DNA of 64,000 nucleotides, taken from the NCBI RefSeq assembly GCF_006345805.1, contig NC_043006.1:58776001-58840000 (forward strand), written 5' to 3'. Of the stretch, positions 12,184-28,204 are shown in pieces; position 1 is the stretch's first letter, and each line of letters starts with the position of its first letter. A model generated the notes under the pieces. That model did no database searches, was not told the DNA's origin, and saw only the letters and a program-made list of their open reading frames with translations. The position numbers and the translations under genes are program-made. Origin of the DNA: Octopus sinensis. Its lineage: Eukaryota.

Positions 12184-15011
12184 GAGGAACACGGGTAAGT
12201 CATAGAATTTAAGTCTAATGACAGAAAATTTGAATGGCAATGTCACTAGAGTTCCAAGTGTTGGTTGCACCTAGTAATCTTCCAGATATCTCCTAATATT
12301 TTTGTTTCGAAGTGTTACATTAGTGGCAAAGTAGATTATCACAGAGATATCTTCTCCAGTGAGGAGAAACGAGAGCTGTGTGTTTTTCTCTACCACTGTT
12401 TCCGACTCACCGACTGATGAAGCTACAAAAAAACTACAATACAGGTAGTCACAGTAACAGAAACAACAAAACTTCTTCTACAGAAACTCTATGTTATTCA
12501 TCAAGAGTACTCCTAGCATAAACAAAAGTAGGGAGAAACACAAGAAGAAAAATATATCCTCAATACCTTCCAATTCATCTAATGAATCAGGAATAACCAG
12601 ATGTTCGAAATATACAAACCAAACATGAATCCAACAGCAACAATAACAAGAGAAGTTACAATGATCACAAACAATAGAAATAGAATCGAATGGCCTGGCA
12701 TTACTGTTTTGGAAAGATCTGGATTTAGAAGTAAGTACTCTTGTCCTAGACCCGGCTCTTAAGTCGGGCAATAAACTTTATATGTTGCTCTGTTTAACAT
12801 CAATATTTGCCCCTTGGTTGCTATTCGTAGAATTTTCTCTATTACACACGTTCTAACCAGGCTTCTGATTCCCTCTTTACTCACGTTTTTCCTGTGGAAA
12901 TTTACCCTGTGAATGTTTTAGTTTGGCATCAGCTTGCATCGATCTCACTACCCCTGGAAGACGGCCTACAAATGTTATGCGTATTGCTCCGCCTCCATTG
13001 TTTGATTAATGAAACTAAAATTTAAAAAAGAGCAAAAATAAAAAAGAAAATAAAGAACGTTTGATAAGATATGATTTCTAGGAACCTTTGTTCAAAGCCA
13101 TTTGAAATAATATCCTTGCAAATATTCGTGCTTAAACCACACTAGCTTTATCAAGGAATTGTATTTGCAAAGAAATTTTTGATTTTCCTGTTGTGAAACT
13201 TAAAGCCATAAATTTATTTCTATAATTGTATAATACCATAAATCTATTGTAAATGAAGATGTGTTAGGTTGGATATTAATAAAGAATGGTTCATTTATAG
13301 GGTTTGTGTAAATAACGAGAAACAGGTAACAATGAGTTTCTCATAAATTGATCTTGTTTGAGTTTTGGATTATGCTTTGCTTGCTTGTTTCGAAAATTCC
13401 TAAGCAATATTACATTGCCTTATTTATGAGTTACAGATCCCTCAAAAGACATGATACATTGGATCTTTTCACTTTGACCGGCAGATTTTTAAAATTATTT
13501 CTTTGTAACTAAACACTTTTAAACTTCGTATACTGGTAGTGTGTTACATAAAACATCTTTTTCTTTTGGCTTTCTTGAAAAAATTCTGTAGTTTGTAAGC
13601 TATTTGTTGTTTAATTTTTTGCATTTCGGCATTTTCAACCAATCAATGGCATCGATTGAGGTGAATACAATTTCTGCCGTAGTGTCCAGCAAGTTTGACC
13701 ACACTCTTTTGTTTCTGTTAAATATTTTGCACACACGCACACAGAAGACATTTACAAATACAGCGTAAGACATAAAAATAAACAAAACCGATCCCACGCA
13801 TTTACTGCTTTCCGGCGATTGTGTTACTGATTACACGATGTGGATTCTGCATAAAATTGCATATCTTAAAAACAAATACATACGTCTTTTTACAGGGCAA
13901 GCTGGACAATCTAGTTTCCTTTCGAATGTAACGTGAACCACCTTCAAATTTAGCAGTTAAATACTTCAGTTAACGTCTAACACTGTCCAGTAACTCACAG
14001 AGTTGAAAACGGAACGAACAAGTTGACATGTTTAAATGATAATTTAGAGATTTTTAAAGATGCCCAAAAGATAAAGGCTCTTGAACTTGTGATTAAGGGT
14101 TTCGAAATCACGATTGCGATCGTACTTTCGATTCTCGGGCCGGGCGGTGCGTTGTGTTGTTAAGAAAAACACTTCATTTTATGTTGCTCCAGTTCACTCA
14201 GATGTAAATGAGTTTCAGCAATAGCTGGGAAGTTAGCTTGCGTTTCATTCAAGGTGTGGAGAGTGTTGTAATCCCAGTCTCTTATTCGCATAGAAACTGA
14301 GTGAATCTACGGTTTTATGAGTCCTGTGACTCGTGACTGTGGTAAGTCTAAATCTAAAGCTGTCCAACATCATGGCAAAGAAAGAACTCGATGGATGCAA
14401 AATTTTATTTCTTCTCATTAGTAAAGAAAATGTGGGACTTGGTAACTGTCAGTTTGACAGCCACAGCTTTAGATCAAACTCAGACTATGGTTTTAATTAG
14501 CTCTAACGAAGGACGTTATGGTCCTTATAAGTATAAGTTATATATGCTAGTAGAAAACCGTCTCTTCCCGGTAGCTGCGCAGGTTTGGGTGAGTGGTTGA
14601 GAAATTCGCTTCGCAACCCCGGTGTTTTAGGTTTAGTCCCACTGTTCAGTATCTTGGATTGCTGTTTTCTATTATAGCTCCGGATCGACGAAATATCTTG
14701 TGAATAAATATGGGGTGAATAAATATGCTGTGTGGAAGCTTCTCGTGTGCGTACACACAAACACACACATAGACACAGACAGATACACACACACACACAC
14801 ACACATATGCACAACCCCCGAAAGGAGCACCACCATTAGTTGAGCAAATCGACCTCAGGACTTATTCTTTGTAAGCCTAGTACTTATTCTATCGGTCTCT
14901 TTTGCGCAACCGCTAAGTTACGGTGACGTAAACACACCAGCATCGGTTGTCAAGCGATGCTGGGGAGACAAACACAGATACACAAACATATACACACACA
15001 TACATTCATAC

Positions 15012-15544
<533 letters not shown>

Positions 15545-15698
15545 AATACGACGGGCTTCTTTCAGTTTCTATCTACCAAATCCACTCACAAATCTTTGGT
15601 CAGCCCGAGGCTATAGTAGAAGACACTTGCCCAAGGTGCCACGCAGTGGTTGGTAAGCAAGCTACTTACCACACAGCCACATACTGTTGTTTTTATCG

Positions 15699-15808
15699 AA
15701 GCTGGAAAAAAATCTTCTCAAGCTGTTACTCACAGTTTCATGTTACCGTTCGTCGACGAACGGAAAAGTGAAACTCTAAGTAACAGCTTGGGAAGAATTT
15801 TTCAGCTT
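15699..15808. repeat. 110-bp imperfect palindrome centred on a perfect 18-bp palindrome CCGTTCGTCGACGAACGG
   Basis: Left arm AAGCTGGAAAAAAATCTTCTCAAGCTGTTACT versus the reverse complement of the right arm, AAGCTGAAAAATTCTTCCCAAGCTGTTACT. Centre at 15746-15763. Confidence 0.85.
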
Positions 15809-15894
15809 TAATAAAAAGCATATTACTTTAGCTTCAATATTCAAGTAATATCTCTTTCCACCTTGTTTTGTATTCATAAGCTTACTCGTGTGAA

Positions 15895-15942
<48 letters not shown>

Positions 15943-16966
15943 GCATACAAAACCTTGCATATACATATTTATTCAGACACCTATACGTGCAATAAACTTA
16001 TATATTCTTTTACTTGTCTCTGTCATTTGATTTTGGCCATGCTGGAGCGCCATCTTAAAATGTCAGCAAATATATCATACAAACAATAATCATAATTCAG
16101 CTTTTATCAAATTTCTTATTACTTAGAGACAAAATGATGAATACTAATTTTCAAAAGATAAAATACATATTACCTTAAAATAAAATTATATAAAACAAAT
16201 TTTTTATTCGTATATTTGCAATAAATATATATGTTAGTATTTTACTGAATTTTATCAATATAATTGCAATCTACACCTATATTGAACTTCTCCCATAACT
16301 ACACGCTGTCATTTAATTCCTCTCCTCCTTCTCATCTTTCTCTATCACTGTGTATGTGTTTGCGTCTGTGTGTCGCTTTCCTTTCCTAAGTGCCTGCCAC
16401 AAAGCCTACTATGTGCAGTAATTTTGCCCCTTTTCATGTTTACTCTCTCTCTGTACCTCTCTTTTCCTTCCTCTCTTCCTCTCCCCCCTTTCTCTCTCTT
16501 ATGTCAAGCGTGACTGGGGCAATCAATCAACCAACTAACCAATCAATCTCATAACGAACGAAAGAACGATCAAACCAGCCACCGTCTGTTATTACATCGG
16601 CTATTATTACATAAGAAATCTAAGTGCGGTTTGAAATAGAAACGAACAGACCTCATCAAGGGAATGAAATGACGTATCAGTCGCTTACCGCCAAGCGTGC
16701 TGGTAATTACACCAAATGGATTCTGAACGAATTTTACTATAGAAATAACAAATAAAATGCTTTTTTTTTATTGAATAAACTTAAGAATCTGGTTTTCTTT
16801 CATGTCTCACGAGAATGGAAGACAATTTAGCAGGTGTTTAATACGTTTGGTAAACAAACGCAAGAAAACTAGAGAATACGCAGTTTCATACATACATACA
16901 TACGTACATACATAAATACATACATACATACATACATACATACATACATACATACATACATACATA

Positions 16967-17045
<79 letters not shown>

Positions 17046-17516
17046 TATGTACGTATATATATATATATCTATATGTGGGTATATGTGTATGTGCGTATGT
17101 TTTAGTTTGTGTTTTTATATATGCTGTTATAACAAAAGTTATTTTCGATTTTTGAGTTGGAAATATTGAACAAGATTTAAGGAAGTTCTTTCTTTCTTTC
17201 TTTCTTTCTTTCTTTCATGTGGAAGACAAGCAATAGCCATGAATGAAAGTTTCTCCTTTTTTCCTGCCATTGGTGTTGTCCATGGGAAGAGCAAAGGCTG
17301 ATACAGCTTGGCACTAGTGGCATGGCAAGTGGCTGTCAGAATTTAAACAGGCGAAATGGATACAGCATGGTATTCCGTCCGGCACTCTGACAATTTGCCA
17401 ATCCATAACGTTGGACTTCTGAATCGATAATATATTAGTGGACCATGAAAGGATGAAAGGCACAGTTAACCTTCGTACGATTTGAGCTCATATTGTTGTT
17501 GTTGTACATATATATA

Positions 17517-19051
17517 CAGTTGCAGCCAAAATGTTCAGAACGGCATTGTTTTCGTCAGAAAAGTAGATATAATTTTTTATCAAATTTGTTTTATATTCTA
17601 TAATTTTTACAGACAATAAATACGATATTATTTGTTATTGTCTGAAATTTTGGTGGAATTTGAGAGGATAATACAAAAGTTATGGATAATTTAGTGATTT
17701 ACTGTAACACCCATGGCGGCCAAAATGATCAGAACGGTTGCTTTTACTCCGTGTTTTAGTATATTGAACCGGCGAACTCTAATGTTTTGAATCTGTTTAC
17801 TTAACGGTTCGTTTACTAAACATTAGTAAGAATATCTGCAGTGTACATTGTTTATATAATGCCACTTACTCCGTTACCAATTCGTCAGCAGATTGTTAAG
17901 CTTCGAAAGAAGGATAATTTAAGTATTGGGTCTATTGCAAAGATTGTTAACAAGTCAAAAAGTGTTGTTCATGGTATTCTTAAGGTCTACGACGATTGTG
18001 GTTCGTGTGAAGCAAGAAAGTCTACAGGTAGGCCAAGAAAAATGACCAAGAGAGAAGATCGTGCTATGGTAAAGTTGGTTAAAAACTGTGTCTCGTCGTT
18101 TAGTTGAACATGACCTACAAGCAAGAGCACCTGCAGTGAAGCCACTGATCAGCTCCAAGAATAAAAAGTGTCGTCTTACCTTTGCAACTGAACATGTGTT
18201 GTGGTCTCAAGAAAAATGGCAAACGGTGCATTTCAGTGATGAATCTAAGTTTATGTTATTTTTCGTCGAAAAGTAGGTGAAAAATTGTCGACTAAATGCC
18301 TTAAGACTAGTGTTAAATTCGGTGGAGGAAGTGTCATGGTTTGGGGGATGATATCTGGAGATGGTGTGGGCCCTTTGGTGCAATTACATGGAAAGTAAAA
18401 TGCAGGAGTTTATAAACAACTTGTAAAAGATCATGTCTTGCCTGTGCTGAGAAATTCAACTAAGCGACCACCCATATTCATGCAGGACAATGCCCCATGT
18501 CACAAGGCTAAAGTGGTCATAAACTTCCTCAAGGCTGAAAAGGTTATTGTTATAGATTGGCCTGCTCAAAGCTCAGATCTCAATCCTATTGAAAATGTGT
18601 GGAATATTCTAGGAGAACGTTCGAAAGCCAGAAATCATAAAACAACCGAGCAATTATGGAATGCCCATCAGGAAGAAAATTGAATAAGATCACCCAGCAA
18701 GAAATTGAAAATTTAGTTTCCTCATGCAGTCGAAGATGTCAAAGTGTGATTGAAGCTAAAGGGCTTCACGCTAAATATTAAATAATTCCAGTATTCTCTG
18801 TCATTTTTTATTATTTTGTTATTTTTTCAACCGTTCTGATCATTTTGGCCGGTATGGGTTTTGCAGTAAATCACTAAATCATCCATAACTTTTGTATTAT
18901 CCTCTCAAATTACACCAGAATCTCAGACAATAACAAATAATATCGTATTTATTGTCTGTGAAAATTATAGAATATAAAACAACTTTGATAAAAAATTGTA
19001 CCTACTTTTCTGACGAAAACAATGCCGTTCTGAACATTTTGACTGCAACTG
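17517..19051 (+). mobile_element. Tc1-family DNA transposon (DD34E), IR-DR type, defective; copy 1
   Basis: TA-flanked CAGTTGCAGCCAAAATG...CATTTTGACTGCAACTG with TIRs of roughly 230 bp. Transposase fragments: paired-like HTH (MPLTPLPIRQQIVKL...), VHFSDESKF, FMQDNAPCH and SSDLNPIENVW, with 34 residues between D and E. Confidence 0.95.
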
Positions 19052-19829
19052 TATATATATATACATACATACATAAAAAAACAACATTTATACTGAACAA
19101 GAACTACGGAATCATTAAAAACTTCCCCAATCTCCGATTAAAATCCTCATAAAAAGATTTCCCAGCATAACTGCACAAATCTACATATATTTACATAAAT
19201 ATATATCTACATGAAAGCAATTCCGAAGACACTTCTACTTTTTATTCTCTCTTCTTTAAAATCAAAAACTTGAAAATTAAAAAAAAATTAAACCTATCTT
19301 TAAAATTAAATTTTTTCCTAGTTTTATATATGAATATATATACACTTTTTTTATAATGCCTTGCTTTATATTATAAATTATATTATAAATTACTCACGTT
19401 TGAAACAGAATTGAAAAATACATATAAACGTATAACCCACAAACTCTACCTCCATGAAACAAAGTTTAAAATTTCTACCTATTTAATCAGATTACTTATA
19501 GGACAACGAACTCATCGGGAGAAATATACAGATCAACAACTTTCACACCTACCCATATCTTACTATGGGCATCAAAGCGTGATACAAACAAATTTCTATA
19601 CTACCACTACCATGACATGCTCGACTAATAACCTCCACCTTCCAAATTCAAACAGGAAATACACTAAATAACATCAACAAGTAAAGAAACTTACTGACCA
19701 GCTAAAACATACAGCCTACTTATATTTTTTGTGAACTCTTAAATAGGGTTTTGAGGAGTGTGGAACTATGTCATAGTCACTATTGTTCATAGGTGTACTC
19801 AGACCCGGCATAGTAATACCCGTTAGAGT

Positions 19830-20221
19830 GGGATGGAAGCACTCCGTCGGTTACGACGATGAGGGTTCCGGTTGATCCGAATCAACGGAACAGCCTGCTC
19901 GTGAAATTAACGTGTAAGTGGCTGAGCACTCCACAGACACGTGCACCCTTAACGTAGTTCTCGGGGATATTCAGCGTGACACAGAGAGTGACAAGGCCGG
20001 CCCCTTGAAATACAGGTACAACAGAAACAGGAAGTAAGAGTGAGAGGAAGTTGTGGTGAAAGAGTACAGCAGGGATCACCACCATCCCCTGCCGGAGCCT
20101 CGTGGAGCTTTTTTAGGTGTTTTCGCTCAATAAACACTCACAACGCCCGGTCTGGGAATCGAAACCGCGATCCTATGACCGCGAATCTGCTGCCCTAATC
20201 ACTGGGCCATTGCGTCTCCAC
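19830..20221 (-). mobile_element. tRNA-derived SINE (fourth family), full length, 12-bp target-site duplication
   Basis: ACCCGTTAGAGT at 19818-19829 and 20222-20233; A/B boxes on the minus strand. A near-identical plus-strand copy lies at 44154-44518 and a 3' fragment at about 31350-31520. Confidence 0.9.
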
Positions 20222-21422
20222 ACCCGTTAGAGTATCAGCTGTGGGCTAAGCATATGAACCACTGGATGGAAGGACACGTACTTTTCATTAGAACTTTTTT
20301 CTAAGAGAAGGTAAACTCGTATAAAAAGAACCTGAAGTGCATTTGGTTTCTACTTGTCTCAACCTCTGTTGTGCCACTGGTTTTAAAGTTGGTTGTGCTG
20401 AAAATGGGTTCAGTGTTGTGCAACACTATCCACTCAAAGCAAATTAGCACACGGGAACTTCTTGGATACTCGGAACGTTTGTACAGACTTACTAAGTTAC
20501 GACGTAATCATACTTGGTCACGGGATGACTTCTACCACACACTCCACACATATACACACACGCACACACACATACATACACACACATGTATGCATACATA
20601 TGTATGCATATATATGTAATATAAATAATACATAAATATATGCATATATACATACTTATATGTACATACCTACATATATATGTACATATACATGCATATA
20701 TGGGTACAGGACATAAAAAAAAACGTTGTACACAATGTACCCATATATGCATGTATATATACATATATATGTAGGTATGTACATATATGTATGTATATAT
20801 GCATATATTTATATATTATTTATATTATTATATGATCGAACGCCATGCATCCTTTTCCCAGTAAGTTTTATCTTGCATATATATGTATGTGCATACATAT
20901 GCACACGCACACATACACACACATATATGATGGTTTCCCGTACGGTTTCTAATTACCAAATTTGACTCACAAGGCATTGGCCAATCTAAAGCTGCTGTTA
21001 AAGACGTTGGCCCAAGTTACCATGGTTTGGGATCGAACACGAAACTCCATTATTGCAGGAAACTAGATACTTATATCTAGTTTCCTTAAACCTTAACAAA
21101 GATGACCAAAACCAAATACTTTACGCCATTTAGACTCTCTCTTCTTCTCTCACCTTTACCAATTCCAGCATCTTGCCGCTCTTCATTGTCCATAAAATTA
21201 TTATCATTGCTAACAATAAAAAAGAACGCAAAAAGGAAAAAAAAAAGACAAATGAAAAGCAATAACAGTAAATATAACCAAACAGTACAATTGCTTCTAG
21301 AGGAATGGTTGTAGTGAGTGAGCGGATGGCGTTGAGTGAAGATAATTAGATTTAGAGAAGAGAAAACAGAAATTATAGCGAAAGTAGTGAAGAACAATAC
21401 AATGAATAAAGGGGAATCATAC

Positions 21423-21557
21423 CGGAGAAAACATATATAACAGCTCCGATCAAAGTTTTTACATCTGTTCTAATGTTGCCAATAACGCTGATAATGGCTG
21501 CTATAACAATCATCAAGAGAGCAACAACTGGGTATGGCGCTGATAAACGGATGGCCC
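21423..21557 (-). CDS. CACNG5/7-like: Penultimate coding exon (135 bp; TM2-TM3) of the same TARP-like gene
   Basis: tttctactttacag|GG GCC ATC...TTC TCC G|gtatga. Encodes (R)AIRLSAPYPVVALLMIVIAAIISVIGNIRTDVKTLIGAVIYVFS(G), resembling the IRSATPFP...GIFFILSG segment of CACNG5/7. Phase 1/1; joins both neighbouring exons in frame. Confidence 0.92.
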
Positions 21558-22039
21558 CTGTAAAGTAGAAATAGAAGTAAATTGTTCATATTAACAAAAC
21601 ACATCTCATATATTATAGATATAAAGAATATATGATGAGTATGTACGACCATGCACTGTATTAGAATAATGCAAAGATATGTAGATTTACGTTTGTGTAT
21701 TTTATGTAGGTTTGTAATTGCATATGCATTCTTAGAAGCGTATACGTTCTATTTTTGTCTGGTTTTGTGAAAGCCAGCTTTTAAAGATTGATAGCGATGT
21801 AGTTTGTTACATAAACAAGTGCCATAATAATCATAGGTATAAAAGCGAAGTTATAGTCTGGATGTAGCATACACACTTTAAAAAATGTATTTTTTACCGT
21901 ATATCCCTTTACCTTTAAAACTATGTTAACGCCTACTAGACATCTGATGTCCACTACTGTTCACGTTTGTTTTATTTACCTGATCGTTATGCCATGTAGG
22001 TCAGCCTTACATTTTATAGAAGTTGAGAGTTTAGTCCAA

Positions 22040-22660
22040 GTGGTGCCATAATCAAACTTATGATGATTGTCGTACTTATTTTCAACCTCTGGTATGAAAA
22101 CATTTGGTAATTTGGCTGCTATGAGGCTTTAATATTGTACTTTATCAATTTGCCATTAACATTACTATTCACAGATCTTTCAAATTCTTGAAGAATATTG
22201 GTGTAGTAACTTTGATAGTAAATGCAATTAAACTAATCTACAAGAACACAGAAGCTCATACGATAACGCCAGATGGAGAAACCTCTTTTTTCAGTATTTT
22301 ATCTGGCATATTTCCAGGTGATACATAGGCTCTATATTTATTCATTATTCCTTTTGGATTATTCAGTGGAAGAAACATCTCTTATAAAGATTGTGGAATA
22401 GCTACAGAAACTAGGAGGGATCACAATATCCAGAGATACGACTAAAGGATTTTGTTTATGCTCGTGATATCATTAATGATCAATGAATGATTGCAGTCAG
22501 CAGAAAATTTATCACCTTGTGTTGAACTTGTAGCTAATCTAGTTGGTTTACATGTTAATTCTGGGAAAACAGAAATTGGAACAGATGGATTCAATGACGA
22601 TTATCAAGTAAAATCCTTAACTGGTAAAATCCTTAGTCGGGTAAGAGTGATTTTAATGTA
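22040..22660 (+). mobile_element. RTE-clade LINE reverse-transcriptase remnant
   Basis: LIVNAIKLIYKNTEAHTITPDGETSFFSILSGIFPGDT*ALYLFII...LVGLHVNSGKTE resembles the RTE segment TPDGET..F.I.AGVLQGDTLAP.LF...GL.IN..KTE. Confidence 0.7.
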
Positions 22661-22974
22661 CCTACCACTCAAACATAACAGGCACATTTGCCACAGCTGA
22701 TTTTGATATGGGTTAAGAGCGTCATATCTGGATATTTTACCTGTATTCCTACCCCTTTTGTGCAGCATGTGCAACATTTCTGTATCTGAAGAATTTTCAG
22801 TATTAAATGCCTTACATATCTATGTAAAATGTAAACCTTTGTAATTCCTGTTAGTAATTGAAACATTTGTAATAGTTAATAAAAATACCAAAAAATTTCT
22901 AATTTCTTGTTTTGTTATACAATAACTTTGTAAATGATACTTCTATAATTCTCAATTTTAATTATGCATTTTGA

Positions 22975-23350
22975 AGCTTGCTTATGAACCACATGGTTCC
23001 TGGTTCAGTCCCACTGCGTGGCACCTTGTGCAAGCGTCTTCTACTATAACCTCGGGCCGACCAAAGCCTTGTGAGTGGATTTAGCAGGCGGAAACTGAAA
23101 GAAGCCCGTCGTATATATGCATATATATATGTGTGTGTGTATATATGTTTGGGTGTCTCTGTTTATCCCCACCAACATCGCTTGACAATCGATGCTGGTG
23201 TGTTTACGTCCCCGTAACGTAGCGGTTCGGCAAAAGAGACCGATAGAATAAGTACGAGGCTTACAAAGAATAATTCCTGGTGTCGATTTGCTCGACTGAA
23301 GGCGGTGCTCCAGCATGGCCACAGTCAAATGACTGAAACAAGTAAAAGAG
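22975..23350 (+). mobile_element. SINE family with CORE-like GTGGCACCTTGGGCAAGTGTCTT body and internal (TA/TG)n microsatellite; representative copy
   Basis: Other copies at about 62143-62527 (+), 52482-52630 (+), 41628-41948 (-), 14820-15680 (-) and 20930-21050 (-). Confidence 0.8.
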
Positions 23351-24070
23351 TCTCCCACAGCAGCAACTGAGACTACATGCTGGATTATAATAACCAAATA
23401 AGCAGATGTGCTTCAAGAGGAAACAGCTGGTGTTTATTCTAACCACCTACATTATATATATATATACACACACATACATATACGTGTGTATGTGTGCGTG
23501 TGTGTGTGCGTGTGTGTGTGTGTGTTTGTGTGTGTCTACTTGTATATGTACGTCAGGCATATGACCGGTTTAAGTGTTGTCATTTCTTGAACCACCACCT
23601 CCTTAAAGTATTCCATCTATCAGTTGGCCATCACAGGAAAACATCAATGGGAAATTCATTGCAAGACCTTCTTTTGCCAATACAGGACAAACCTGCGATA
23701 AGAGATCCGATAATCCATCAGATTATTTACTGCGCTAAGAGACTCGATTTCAGCTCTTCATGAAACCCTGATAGAATTTCATCTGTATTAACATTGGTGA
23801 AGCGGCTCAGCACTCTTAAACTAACAACTGGTTAGAATAAGTGGGTTCATTTTTTTAATATATCCACCAGAACTTTAATATATCCATCAAAATTGTGAAC
23901 TGAAGTGCATACACACACATACACACACATGCAGACACACACACGCACATACACACTCACACATTCACACATGCAAACAAACAAGGACACAAACGCATGC
24001 ACACGTAAGGATGCACATCTTAGAAGTACAGAATGGAGTAAATGGAGCAAGAGCACACACGAAAACGTAA

Positions 24071-24116
24071 AGTGTCGCTGAAGAGGTCACAGATGTGTAA
24101 CGAAAATTTCCGGGCA
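24071..24116 (+). ncRNA. Hammerhead-like motif (GTCACA-gatg-TGTGAC family) at the start of a ~230-bp repeat
   Basis: AGTGTCG CTGAAGA G GTCACA GATG TGTAAC GAAA ATTTC CGGGCA. The same repeat occurs as an inverted pair at 62571-63015. Stem III is imperfect. Confidence 0.45.
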
Positions 24117-24284
24117 ATGAACATGAGTTAAAATAATAAAATAAGAACAGTACGAAAAGAGTTAAGAAAAAATATATAGTGCGTGTGTTTATTTGGCAAA
24201 AAAATGACCATCCCGAAATACAACAATATCTGTTTCAACGCACGATTTCCCACTAGGAATCTTGCAAAACGAATTAATAAACGT

Positions 24285-24285
24285 A

Positions 24286-24318
<33 letters not shown>

Positions 24319-24338
24319 ATATATTATATTATATATAT

Positions 24339-24372
<34 letters not shown>

Positions 24373-24489
24373 CATACATATATATATTACATATATATAT
24401 ATATATAATATATATAGTATATATATATATATATATATAATATATTACATACATATATATATACATATATATATATATATACATATTAC

Positions 24490-24520
<31 letters not shown>

Positions 24521-24894
24521 CATACATATATATATATATAATACATATATACATATATATATATACATATATACATATATATATATACATACACATATAT
24601 ATATAACATACATATATACATATATACATACATACATATATACATATATACATACATACATATATATACATATATACATACATATATAATATATACATAT
24701 ATACATACATAAATATATACATACATACACATACATATATACATACATATATACATACATACATATACATACATATATACATACATACATATTACATACA
24801 TACATATATATATATATATTATATATATATACATAATATATATATATATGTATGTATACATATATATATACATATATATATATATGTATGTATA

Positions 24895-24942
<48 letters not shown>

Positions 24943-24967
24943 GTATATATATATGTATATATATATG

Positions 24968-25016
<49 letters not shown>

Positions 25017-25100
25017 GTATATATATATATGTATATATATGTATATATATGTATATATATATATATGTGTGTGTATATTTATATACATATATATATAATC
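24285..25100. repeat. ~0.8-kb (TA)-rich array with a CA-type left half and a TG-type right half (fold-back symmetry)
   Basis: TACATA units dominate about 24330-24830 and TATGTA units about 24850-25100. Confidence 0.85.
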
Positions 25101-26109
25101 TGTCATAGAATATACATTGTTATTCTGAGTTTCCCGCTTAATTAGCAGTTAATTAAACAGGGAAGTTATCTAAATATAACAAATTAAGAGACAGTAATTA
25201 ACTCAATTCGACATTATTGGTGCCCAATAACCTAGCTGAGTCTCTGGTCGCACTTATGTTTTCATATTTTTATTTTCCTTTTATACTTAATTTCATTTTC
25301 TTCCATTTTATCTATCTTTGAATTGTCAGTTCCGTTTCTTCAATAACTTAATGACTCCGTTGAAGAAAAGCCATCATTCACGTTCGAATCTGCTCGAACG
25401 TATTAAGATTGAGCGGATAAGTTATCCTTTGGAATCTCGCTGTTATGTTCTCACCCTACCAGCACGCATCAGCAAGTAATTTCTTTTCTGATTTCTATAA
25501 ACAACAGCTCGTAATCTTGTTGGATTCATAGCTCCGTGAAACAGCTGTTACCGAGGAGGCACACTATAAGGTCGAAACAATTCAGTGTCTGAAGTCCCCT
25601 TACACTGGTGAAACACGTGTTATGAGTAAACTTCGTCTACAGTGAAGAGGTGTTCTTCGAAGAAGAAAAGCAAAAGCGATCATATATTCACGCTGGAATC
25701 TACGAGAGCGTTTTGAGAATGAATAGATGCATTTTTGGTTCAAATACTGATGATGTGCGTGCACCCCATGAATTACTATAAATAACTTGTTTTTAGCAAT
25801 TAAATGTCGTGCCTTTTACAACAGTCATACCTCAACATGCAAAGAAGAGGAAATTTACATAATTTTGAATCCGCTTAATTTTGCCTTTGGCCAAGAAGAC
25901 ATTGTTTGATGAATGTTTGATAAAAAGTTTAATTTAAGCAAGGAATTTGGAGTTATTAATGCGTATTTTATGATTTGTATTATTTTGTATACATATCTAT
26001 TCCATTCACTTCTATACTTAGTTATCTATCTTTGTTCACATAATCCCTCTTACATACACACTTATATACAAACACGAAAAAGACAGTATACATATACATA
26101 TTTACTCAC

Positions 26110-26211
26110 GTGTTATGGCCATTGATGTACTGGCTTTTTCCACTCGTTCATAACCTTGATTGTAATAGTCAATGTTAGCACAAAAAGATTTCTCTTCGCC
26201 TGGAGCGTATT
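26110..26211 (-). CDS. CACNG5/7-like: Internal coding exon (102 bp; distal first extracellular loop) of the same TARP-like gene
   Basis: ttttctgttttag|AA TAC GCT...ATA ACA C|gtgagt. Encodes [33 protein letters not shown](R), containing the C..IDY motif of the TARP loop. The final C plus GG of the next exon gives CGG (Arg), keeping the frame. Confidence 0.9.
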
Positions 26212-26244
26212 CTAAAACAGAAAAGGCAAAAAAATGTATAAATA

Positions 26245-27410
<1,166 letters not shown>

Positions 27411-27664
27411 GTTAAACGTTACTCGGTTTTAGTTTTGGTTGATTTTGGTTTGATTGCTTTCGTTTTATTTTTAACCCTAGAAATATCAGCTTGAAACGCA
27501 AGTCATTTATTTTCCTTGATTTTAATTTCATCTATTTCCTATTATAGGGAGGAAGACTTCATTGCTCCAGTCCACTCAGGTAGGGAATATACACGTCATT
27601 GAAACCGTGAAACCGGCCCTCATAAGCCTGGCATGGCTCGAGAAGGAAATATTTATTAAAAATG

Positions 27665-27702
<38 letters not shown>

Positions 27703-28204
27703 CACACACATATATGCACATACAATTCAGGACGATACTTAATGCTATAGGCGCAGTGGACGTCTTTATTGAATATATGGAAATACCCCAAAATATCGAG
27801 AATGCTTTTCAAATTAGTTTTTAGAATATTATTCATGATTAACATGTGTATGCCGTATATAAACAGTTTTGTTTATTTACTTATTCACATTTCTGAAATC
27901 TATTACTATTGTTGATGTTGTCCATATTGTAACTGTGACAAACAAACAGTTTGACATATTACATTAATCTTTTAAATGTTAATATTGAAATAGGAGATAA
28001 AGACTTCAAATGACGAAAGCAAGTCTGATGTTGATGAACCAGATTCTCTAATTACTGGGAAAATTATTTTTAGTTTGACAAGAAATTATTTTTAGATGAC
28101 AAGAAATCTGAAAACTCATATCATTAAGAATGATTCTAGTTTGACATTTAAAAGAGGATTATGACTCTGGATAGTGACATAGGAAATACTTTACATTGAT
28201 TTAT

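Noticed and set aside
12478-12980. Hydrophobic 97-aa ORF as a membrane-protein exon
   Set aside because: It is the antisense reading of an A-rich stretch with no splice or family support; possibly a LINE fragment, but I could not classify it.
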